Below, in pieces: positions 46,054 to 53,988 of a stretch of DNA of 64,000 nucleotides. Each line of letters begins with the position of its first letter. The first letter of the stretch is position 1. Source of the stretch: a virus. The notes beneath the pieces were generated by a model that saw only the letters and a list, made by a program, of their open reading frames with translations, had not been told where the DNA came from and did not search any database. The stretch spans positions 1 through 64,000 of the IMG/VR virus record IMGVR_UViG_3300045988_069050; one strand, 5' to 3'. The translations under genes and the position numbers were made by a program.

Positions 46054-46628
46054 TGAAATTAGACATACTGTTTCACTATGATGTGAATGAGCAAACGGGT
46101 GAAATCACCTATATTGGTAAAGAAGAAATCCATGTTGACACCGTAGCTACTAAGAAAGCTGCAAGTAGTAAATCTTCATCTGCTAAGGTAGATGAAAATC
46201 CTGAACCTATTATTACGCTTGATTCTAACAAGTTGATTTTAACCCAAGGGGCAGTAGACTTGTTACAAGTCTGTGCAGATTGTCGTGTAGACATCAAGTA
46301 TAAGAAAAAGGATAAGAAGGCAGTTCCTATTATTGGAACCGATGCTGCTTTCGGTACTAAGGCTGGAAACAAGCTGACTAAAAGTAATACTGTAAGTTAT
46401 AGAGGAGCTGCTAACGAAAAGCTTTCTGCTTACGGTACTGTCTTTAAGTTGGAACCTACAGAGGATAAAGGAATTTATTATCTGATAGGAGACAAGGTAC
46501 AGGAGTCAAATCCTGTGCCGGAAGAGATAATTGATATCGAAAAAGAACTCGATATAGAAGCATTAGATAATTTAAACATAGACGAAGATGACAAAAACTT
46601 AGAAAAATTTGATTTTAATTTGAATTAA
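46053..46628 (+). CDS. hypothetical protein with acidic C-terminus
   Basis: ORF. Confidence 0.55.
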   Translation: MKLDILFHYDVNEQTGEITYIGKEEIHVDTVATKKAASSKSSSAKVDENPEPIITLDSNKLILTQGAVDLLQVCADCRVDIKYKKKDKKAVPIIGTDAAFGTKAGNKLTKSNTVSYRGAANEKLSAYGTVFKLEPTEDKGIYYLIGDKVQESNPVPEEIIDIEKELDIEALDNLNIDEDDKNLEKFDFNLN

Positions 46629-46630
46629 TT

Positions 46631-47326
46631 ATGGCATTTAATTTTGGTATATCAGCAGACTCAGCAGTAAGAAACACACGTCGTCCTTTAACCCCTTGGA
46701 ATATCCATGATGTAAAATTCATGGGTTGCGAAATCAAGGAATTTGATGGGAAGAAGGACCCAACAGCCCACTATAAAGTTTTGTCTATCAATTTTGAGAA
46801 CGAAGATGGTTACTTCTCAGTAACTCAATTCTTCCCGAAAGCTGGTGATGATGAGAGACGAGAATTTGATAGTAAGAATGGTGGAAAGGTAGTGATGCCC
46901 TCCAACTTCGAAACTTTGATGGCTGTAGTTAAACAGACTGCGCAGGTTCTTAACCCTGCAGGATTCGAAAAGATGCAAGCAGCTAGCTCTAAGTTTAAGA
47001 GCTTCGACGATGTAGCTAAGGCTTTGATTACAATCACTGAGAAGGTGAAGGGAACAGAGACTAAGTTGAAGTTGATTGGTAGAAACCGTGACGGTAAGGT
47101 AGTTGCTGATATACCGCGTATTGTTGGTATTAACAAACAGGGTGAGTCGTTCATTTCTGATAACTATATTGGCGATAAGCTGTTCTTCTCTGACTATGAG
47201 GAAGGAGAACGTCAGAAATATCTGAAGGCTAAGCCTACTGAAATGAAGTCAGAAGATCCAATTGCAGATGTAGCAGGAGTAGACCAAGCTCCAGCAGATG
47301 ATTTGGACATCACTGACTTACTCTAA
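46631..47326 (+). CDS. putative single-stranded DNA-binding protein (acidic C-terminal tail DDLDITDLL)
   Basis: Position in the replication module and acidic tail; weak. Confidence 0.5.
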   Translation: MAFNFGISADSAVRNTRRPLTPWNIHDVKFMGCEIKEFDGKKDPTAHYKVLSINFENEDGYFSVTQFFPKAGDDERREFDSKNGGKVVMPSNFETLMAVVKQTAQVLNPAGFEKMQAASSKFKSFDDVAKALITITEKVKGTETKLKLIGRNRDGKVVADIPRIVGINKQGESFISDNYIGDKLFFSDYEEGERQKYLKAKPTEMKSEDPIADVAGVDQAPADDLDITDLL

Positions 47327-47360
47327 TGATTTGTTAGTAGAGTAATTCATAAATTCCTTA

Positions 47361-48374
47361 GTGACCATGTTTGATTATACTTTTGAACCAAAAATTACTA
47401 AGGAATTTCTTCTATCTAAAAACAATGAGGAGACTTACATGACTTATTATCTGGGCATCCCAGTTAAGAAAGGATTGTTCAAGTCTCCTTTGCGTAGTGA
47501 CAGTCATGTCACTTGCAGTTTCTTTAGAGGAAAATCTGGAAACTTGTATTTTAAAGACTTTGCTTCTGGAAAATGTCTCACATTCGAAGGAGTAGTTATG
47601 GAAAAGTATAATTGTAACTACCACACTGCTTTAAGGATTATAGCTAAAGACTTTGGATATACGAAAGATTCTTCCGTAAAGAAAGTTGCAGTGAAAATCC
47701 AGCCTAAGTTTGAAGAAGAGAAACAAACTTTTATTCAGATAGAGGCTAAGGATTTTTCAGAACCTGAGTTGAAGTGGTGGGGAAGTTTTGGTATAACTAA
47801 AGACATCCTATATAAGTTCAAAGTATACAGTTGTAGTACTGTATTTTTGAATGGGAACATATATGCACAATCTGCCCAGCATAGTCCTATATATGGCTAC
47901 TATTTTGGAAAGAAAGAGAACATCGAGCAATGGCGAATTTATATGCCAAAACGAAAGGAGTTTAGATTCATAGGAAATGTTTCAACCAAGACTATTCAAG
48001 GCTATAAGCAATTAGCTAAGAGTGGAAAACTAGTTGTTATAACTAAATCTATGAAAGATGTAATGTGTTTATATTCTTTAGGAATACCAGCTATAGCTCC
48101 CAACTCTGAAACTCAGTTTGTTTCTGATAAGATTTTAGAAGAATTAAAGCAGAGATTCAAATACGTTGTGTTGCTATATGATAATGATTTGACTGGAGTA
48201 CGTTTTACTAATAAGATTAGGAAAGAGCATCCAGAACTAATTGTATCAATGATTCCCAGAAGCACAGGAGCTAAGGATATAAGTGATTATTACCATATGT
48301 ATGGAAGAAAAGGTACACAAGAATTTATTACTAATTACATAAAGAAACTTAAGAAGAATGAAAAAGTAGACTAA
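47361..48374 (+). CDS. DnaG-like DNA primase (zinc-binding N-terminus, Toprim domain with LLYDND)
   Basis: Cys/His cluster near the N-terminus; Toprim E...DxD motif. Confidence 0.75.
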   Translation: MTMFDYTFEPKITKEFLLSKNNEETYMTYYLGIPVKKGLFKSPLRSDSHVTCSFFRGKSGNLYFKDFASGKCLTFEGVVMEKYNCNYHTALRIIAKDFGYTKDSSVKKVAVKIQPKFEEEKQTFIQIEAKDFSEPELKWWGSFGITKDILYKFKVYSCSTVFLNGNIYAQSAQHSPIYGYYFGKKENIEQWRIYMPKRKEFRFIGNVSTKTIQGYKQLAKSGKLVVITKSMKDVMCLYSLGIPAIAPNSETQFVSDKILEELKQRFKYVVLLYDNDLTGVRFTNKIRKEHPELIVSMIPRSTGAKDISDYYHMYGRKGTQEFITNYIKKLKKNEKVD

Positions 48375-48564
48375 TACAAGTGTTACAGCCATCTTTAAGG
48401 ACGGTAGTAGAAAAACTTTTGAATCTGTTGAATTAGCCTCTGAAGGAACTGGTTTGGAGATAAACTCAATCAAAGCTAGAGCTAATAAGCCTGGCTCTGG
48501 AGCAAAATCAAAAGACGGAATTACCTTTGAATGGGCAGACCCCGCAGTTAGAAGAAGTAAGTAG

Positions 48565-48948
48565 GCAAAGAAGAGTAAACAAAAAGGCTCTCAGTATGAG
48601 TTAGAAATAATTCACAAACTTAGAGATATAGGATACGAAGGATGTGTGTCTAGCAGAAGTCAAAACAAATTGGCTGATGCTGACAAAATAGACATTGTTG
48701 ACATGAACAATGAACTTCCGGTTAATATCCAAGCTAAATTTACTCAGAATATGCCTAACTATTTTGATATTAGAGATGCTTGCAGTGATAAGTCAAAGCC
48801 GTTCTGTATATGCTGGAAAAAGGCAGGAAAGAATGGAGAGTCAGCTAGAGGGCAAGTTGCTGTAATCCCAATCAGCTTTTTTTATGAGCTACTAGAAATG
48901 TGCAAGAATGGAGGAATGGAAGGTATATCCAGAGTTTCCGACGTATGA
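48565..48948 (+). pseudogene. Hjc-like Holliday-junction resolvase / PD-(D/E)xK nuclease lacking a canonical start codon; preceded in-frame by TAG (48562-48564) and 64 open codons (48370-48561)
   Basis: KGSQYELEIIHKLRDIGYEGCVSSRSQ...DKIDIVD matches the archaeal/phage Hjc N-terminal pattern. No ATG/GTG/TTG between the TAG and the catalytic KGSQYE. Confidence 0.5.
48855..48900 (+). repeat. direct repeat copy A (AGTTGCTGTAATcCCaAT...TTTTTATGAgcTaCTAGAAATG) flanking the HNH gene
   Basis: About 46-bp imperfect direct repeat with 49376-49423; both encode VAVIPI(S/E)(F/Y)FYELL. Confidence 0.7.
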
Positions 48949-49375
48949 AGTGTCTAATAATGGACAAGTACGAAATAGGAAAAGAGGAAATATATTAAAG
49001 CCTCATGAGGATAAGGATGGATATTTAGGAGTATGCCTATGCTTTGAGGGTAGGAAGTACCATAGAAGAATAAATAGGATAGTTGCTATTACTTTTATTC
49101 CTAATCCCGACAATCTGGAGATAGCTGACCATATTGATAAGGATAGAAAGAATAATTGTGTTTCTAATCTTAGATGGGTTGATACTATTGGAAATAATAG
49201 AAATAAAATTTCTAACTCCAAAGTTGATATTTGTGACAAAGATGGGAACATATTGAAGTCTTTTGATTCTATATCTGAGGCAGCAGAATATTATAATGTA
49301 CCAGATGATAAGATGTGCGCAGCGGTAGTAGTTAATAAGAAAATTGGAGGTTATGTTAAATACTCTGAGAAATAA
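48908..49375 (+). mobile_element. freestanding HNH homing endonuclease (NUMOD4-like N-terminus + HNH_3 NLRWV motif)
   Basis: MEEWKVYPEFPTYEVSNNGQVRN ... DHIDKDRKNNCVSNLRWV; bracketed by direct repeats. Confidence 0.8.
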
Positions 49376-49423
49376 AGTTGCTGTAATACCTATAGAATAT
49401 TTTTATGAATTGCTTAGAAAATG
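49376..49423 (+). repeat. direct repeat copy B flanking the HNH gene (carries the ancestral C-terminus ..ELLRK* and the start of the downstream gene)
   Basis: See copy A. Confidence 0.7.
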
Positions 49424-49669
49424 AAAAAGTTAGTAGTTAAAGGTCCGGTTCCTACGATTAAAAATTGTATAGTTAATGACTTTGATGATGAATATGCTCT
49501 TTATTTAAGGACAGCTAAAAAGAATTGGAGAACAATGGAAGCATTCTCTCTTGAGTTTGATTCCACTTTATCTGATTTGAAGAAAAGTCATTTCATCTAC
49601 GTAGATAGAGAAGACCTAGAGCTATTAATAAAGAAGCGATTGAACGTTATTGAAGTAATCGAGTTATGA
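49421..49669 (+). CDS. hypothetical protein (82 aa)
   Basis: ORF. Confidence 0.5.
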   Translation: MKKLVVKGPVPTIKNCIVNDFDDEYALYLRTAKKNWRTMEAFSLEFDSTLSDLKKSHFIYVDREDLELLIKKRLNVIEVIEL

Positions 49670-49887
49670 ACATATATTTATTTCCATGGCATACAGACGA
49701 AGTCTGTACTATTAGCAAAGTAGTAGCAAGAAGCTATGAGGATTGCGAAGAGAAGATAAAGAGTATGTATATAAATAAATACGACGATTTAGATGATCTT
49801 CTGGATTATGATGATTTCTGTATAGAACTTGCTGAAAAACATGGAATATATTTAGGAGACGTATCTGAGATAAATGAATTTATGTAA
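49666..49887 (+). CDS. hypothetical acidic protein (73 aa)
   Basis: ORF. Confidence 0.45.
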   Translation: MNIYLFPWHTDEVCTISKVVARSYEDCEEKIKSMYINKYDDLDDLLDYDDFCIELAEKHGIYLGDVSEINEFM

Positions 49888-50392
49888 TCCATTAAGGATA
49901 GCGTTAGACTTGGATGACACAATCTTCGATTTCTGGGGAGCATATAAAACACTATTCCCTAGAGAATCAGATTTAGTCGAGCACGTAATTACACGAAACG
50001 TAGTAAGTCTTCGCTACAACAAGGAGTTTTGGGAAAATTTACCCTTGCTAGAAAAGCCGAATTTCGAGCCGCATATTTATGCGACTAAAAGAATTAACAG
50101 TAAAACTTATACTCGAAATTGTCTAGCTAAATACAATTTACCCATAAGACCTATTTATCAAATGTATTATCAGCACGGAAACAAGGCTGACTTGATAAAA
50201 GGCAAATGCGATGTATTAATCGACGACAGTATTAGTAATGTGACTATGGCAATAAACTCTGGACTTCCAGCATTGCTAATAGATAGGCCACATAACCAGA
50301 ATGGAGATCCTTTATTCCGCATTTATAGTTTAGATATTGACGAAATTAGATTTGCATATGAATTAGAATTAGCAACTTTAGGATGGAATTAA
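49874..50392 (+). CDS. HAD-family 5'(3')-deoxyribonucleotidase-like phosphatase (LDLDDTIF)
   Basis: DxDxT motif I. Confidence 0.7.
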   Translation: MNLCNPLRIALDLDDTIFDFWGAYKTLFPRESDLVEHVITRNVVSLRYNKEFWENLPLLEKPNFEPHIYATKRINSKTYTRNCLAKYNLPIRPIYQMYYQHGNKADLIKGKCDVLIDDSISNVTMAINSGLPALLIDRPHNQNGDPLFRIYSLDIDEIRFAYELELATLGWN

Positions 50393-51432
50393 AAGATATC
50401 AAGCTTAGGCCGCTGCTAGACACACTAAGATTGGAGAAGATAAGTGATAAGGTATATTTTTCTGAACAGTACAGTGGATACGTTAGTAATTCCCGTTTAG
50501 GATTAATTAATCCTCGGCAGGATGGTAATCCAGATAAATTCTTTACTGGGTTTAAAAATACTTTCTCTTCTGCTCTGGAACTTGGAAGCGCTGTACACGA
50601 GTTAGTGCTACAGCCAGATAGTTTTGAACTGTCAGAAGACATTGGTAAACCTACTGCAAAGTTAGGAGCAATGGCTAATGAACTCTATCCCGTTTTTCTG
50701 AAAGGAGAAGTAACATTTGACGATGTAAAGAAAGCATCAGACAAGGTCGAATATTACAAGGGAAAGCTTACCAAGGAACTAGCTAAATCTGTGATTGAAG
50801 CTTCTACTAACTATTGGAAGAATAGACAGCTAAAAGAATTTGATTTAACACAAGATAAGGAAATTATATATCTTGACAACAAATCACTAGAAATCGTAAA
50901 GTCTTGTGTATCAGCATTAAATAGCAATAAGCAAGTGCAGAAACTTTTACATCCTGAAGGGATAACTAAAACACCTATTTCTGAAAATGAGCAAGCTATT
51001 TTATTGGACGTGGAGGCGACCTGCCCTAATGGAAAAAAGTTTATCTTACACCTGAAGTCCAAACTAGATAATTATACAATAGATACAGAAACTAACACTA
51101 TTGTAGTGAATGATATTAAGACGATTGGAAAAATCGTTAGTGAAATTGACACCAATATCAATAAGTATCACTATAGTAGGGAGTTTGCGATGTATTTATA
51201 CCTTCTGAAGTTGTGTGCTGAAAAGTTCTATAACTTGGAGAATCCAAAATTGCAAGCTAATTACTTAGTAGTTTCTACCATTCCGAACTTTTATAGTAAG
51301 GTTAGGCCAGTTACTTATTTGGAATTGCGACAAGGATTTCATGAGTTCAAGACTCTTTTGAAGTATGTAGCCTATCAGATAGGTTATAGAGACTATTCTC
51401 TTGATGAACGACCTTCAAAATATCAGCTTTGA
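50383..51432 (+). CDS. hypothetical protein (349 aa), possible PD-(D/E)xK nuclease
   Basis: Long ORF; weak D...E.K pattern (LLDVE...LHLKSK). Confidence 0.65.
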   Translation: MELKDIKLRPLLDTLRLEKISDKVYFSEQYSGYVSNSRLGLINPRQDGNPDKFFTGFKNTFSSALELGSAVHELVLQPDSFELSEDIGKPTAKLGAMANELYPVFLKGEVTFDDVKKASDKVEYYKGKLTKELAKSVIEASTNYWKNRQLKEFDLTQDKEIIYLDNKSLEIVKSCVSALNSNKQVQKLLHPEGITKTPISENEQAILLDVEATCPNGKKFILHLKSKLDNYTIDTETNTIVVNDIKTIGKIVSEIDTNINKYHYSREFAMYLYLLKLCAEKFYNLENPKLQANYLVVSTIPNFYSKVRPVTYLELRQGFHEFKTLLKYVAYQIGYRDYSLDERPSKYQL

Positions 51433-51754
51433 ACAATTGTCATCAATTTACTCAAAATACTTTACCTTAAACTACCTAGGGAGCAATATGGGTGATAAAC
51501 TAGCCTGTATTGCTCTTACTTGTTATATAACTAATGAGTTAAAGAAAAAAGGTCAAAAGGTAACGTGTTATGATGTTTTATTGAAAGTCGGAAAAGATTT
51601 TAGGGAAGGAGAAAAAAATACCTTTCTGAAGTCTTTAGGGGCTATCTGTGAGGATTTAATGTACGGGTGTACCACTTTTCTTGACTTTGGTATTAAGCCG
51701 AAAGATATGCCCAAACAGCTCCAGATTTTGCTCGACAATTATGTACCATTTTAA
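51401..51754 (+). CDS. hypothetical protein (117 aa)
   Basis: ORF. Confidence 0.5.
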   Translation: MMNDLQNISFEQLSSIYSKYFTLNYLGSNMGDKLACIALTCYITNELKKKGQKVTCYDVLLKVGKDFREGEKNTFLKSLGAICEDLMYGCTTFLDFGIKPKDMPKQLQILLDNYVPF

Positions 51755-51935
51755 GAGATTTTTAGTTAAGAGGATTTTAACGTCCTTTAACATAAAATTA
51801 ACATTTGAAGATTAGGGTTTCTATGTATGATGTAGTATAATTGATTACATCAGTAAGGGAAACAATACTGATTAGATACGGAAAAATAATTTCAGATTAT
51901 ATGTTAATGATTTATGTTTAAAAATTTTATTTATT

Positions 51936-52493
51936 ATGAGTACAACGATTTTGAATTTTAAGAAAGTAGAAGTAGTAGCAGAAAGCAAAGAAGCAGCAAT
52001 CGCACAAGTTGAAAGCACATTATTCCATGTAAATGGTGATGCAACTCAGGCTTACAAAAATTGGAAAGCTAAACAGACCAAGGGTATTACTGAGCGTGAT
52101 GTAAAAGAGTTTATGCTTGAATATCTCGCTAAGAAAGGCAAGAACTGCCCCGGTGCTGGTTATCTGATTACTATTGAATCGTCTGTTGCAGACACTCGTG
52201 AGCGTCCGTACAAGATTGACGATGTTAAAGGTGATGGAAAGCGTAAGTTTAAGACTTTCTACAAGTGGATTGACAAAGAAACTAAGACTGTTGTTTGCCA
52301 AGTTGATACTAACAAAGCTGACGCTAAGAACGCAATCAAAGAATTGTATAAGAGCGGTAAGTATAAAGGAAATGCTGAGTTGGTGAAAACTAAGGATGTT
52401 GTTGAAGGACAGGCAGTAGTAGCAACTGCACAATATACTCCTTCTAAGAATACCAAGAATGGTACTTGGTTAGCTTTCGGTATCGAAGCCTAA
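51936..52493 (+). CDS. K-rich hypothetical protein (185 aa), likely highly expressed
   Basis: Preceded by about 180-bp very AT-rich region, followed by a strong terminator. Confidence 0.7.
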   Translation: MSTTILNFKKVEVVAESKEAAIAQVESTLFHVNGDATQAYKNWKAKQTKGITERDVKEFMLEYLAKKGKNCPGAGYLITIESSVADTRERPYKIDDVKGDGKRKFKTFYKWIDKETKTVVCQVDTNKADAKNAIKELYKSGKYKGNAELVKTKDVVEGQAVVATAQYTPSKNTKNGTWLAFGIEA

Positions 52494-52517
52494 TTTCTTG
52501 AAAGATATACGTTTAAA

Positions 52518-52551
52518 AGGAAGATTGCCTAAGGGTGGTCTTCCTTTTTTA
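52518..52551 (+). terminator. rho-independent terminator (aggaaga/tcttcct stem + TTTTTTA)
   Basis: Hairpin and T-run seen directly. Confidence 0.75.
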
Positions 52552-52626
52552 TTTTGAGATAAGCAATATTTAATAGATATTAAACGTAATTTAATTATGG
52601 AAGTGTAACAACTAATTAACAATTAA

Positions 52627-53217
52627 ATGGAATTTACTCCTATAACAGGACTTCAGATTAGAATTAATTTCTATACAAACAGAGGTTGTGTGCTTGAAGA
52701 TGTAATAGAAAATCATTTCTATAACTATTTTAGCTTAGTTAATCCTCTAATAATCGGAAGAAAAGAATCCATCGCGGGAAAACCTACAGATGGAATAGTT
52801 AGGTTCTATGACGAAAACCGGAATGTCAAGTTCTGGATTCTTCAAGAAACTAAAAGAGATATAGGTATTAACTCTGTTTTCGTACATAGGTCTTTATTAC
52901 AGGCTATGATGTATTTAGGAAACGTGTATTATGATACTAGTACTCATTTAGGAGTAGATAATTTCAATGGAGTATTTCTCGATTCGGCAAGGTATTTTTG
53001 CTACATTCCGAGAAGAGAAATAGATACTCTAATGGAAAAATTTGAACCTTTATGGCGCAAATATTTTCGAGTTTCACCTTCCAAAGCATACAAAGAACCA
53101 GAATTAGAGAGTTTTGCAGAATTAGCTATGTATTCTCTAAGGCATAGGGTTAAAGCATTGGATGAACACTTTAGATTAGACCTCCTATTAAAGGAGATTT
53201 ACTATAATAATGTTTAA
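52627..53217 (+). CDS. hypothetical protein (196 aa)
   Basis: ORF. Confidence 0.6.
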   Translation: MEFTPITGLQIRINFYTNRGCVLEDVIENHFYNYFSLVNPLIIGRKESIAGKPTDGIVRFYDENRNVKFWILQETKRDIGINSVFVHRSLLQAMMYLGNVYYDTSTHLGVDNFNGVFLDSARYFCYIPRREIDTLMEKFEPLWRKYFRVSPSKAYKEPELESFAELAMYSLRHRVKALDEHFRLDLLLKEIYYNNV

Positions 53218-53219
53218 AT

Positions 53220-53987
53220 ATGGAATTGACGATTGAACAATTGATGCAAGGGAAAGCAACTAGAATTAAGGATAAAGAGTATTTTACTACTGAAGCCTAT
53301 GTAACTCCGTTTATAGACAGAGTATCTAAAATGACTGATAATTTTATCATTAATGCTAAGCCTGCTGACCAAATATCGCTTACTAAAGATGGGGAGATTA
53401 ATTTTGATGATGTAATATACAATAGAGTTTGGATTCAAGGTGTTTTGCCGGACGAATATGCTTGGGATAATCATAAAAGAGTAATTAGTATGATTTATGC
53501 CCTTGATACTCGTAAACCATTAGTTAAGTTCTATGTAGGAGCTTTAAATATGGCTTGTCTAAACTTGTGTGTATTTAATCCAGAAATGTTAAATGTTTCT
53601 GAGCTAGAGCCAGAATCTGCTATTAACTATAGCTTCTTAAGAAATGCTATGTCGATGACAGATGAAACCAACTTAATGCTTAAGAAACTTTCAGAGATGG
53701 AGTATAAGAAAGATGATATATATGCTGACCTAGGTCACTGGGTTGACAACTGCATCAATTCTAAAATCAACATGGGATTTGGTTCTGTAAAATTAGCTGA
53801 ATCTGCTCCGATTGATGTTTATAAAGATTTGTTTTATGATGAAAAATCTAAGTATTATACAACAGACAATGTTGTAGATGGATTTACCGTGTATAACGCA
53901 TTTACTGACTTGATTACCCAGGATAAGAGAGACTTAGTAAATAAATTCGAGAAGACATTGTTAATTAAGGACGTAATGGGTATTTAA
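53220..53987 (+). CDS. hypothetical protein (255 aa)
   Basis: ORF. Confidence 0.65.
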   Translation: MELTIEQLMQGKATRIKDKEYFTTEAYVTPFIDRVSKMTDNFIINAKPADQISLTKDGEINFDDVIYNRVWIQGVLPDEYAWDNHKRVISMIYALDTRKPLVKFYVGALNMACLNLCVFNPEMLNVSELEPESAINYSFLRNAMSMTDETNLMLKKLSEMEYKKDDIYADLGHWVDNCINSKINMGFGSVKLAESAPIDVYKDLFYDEKSKYYTTDNVVDGFTVYNAFTDLITQDKRDLVNKFEKTLLIKDVMGI

Positions 53988-53988
53988 T

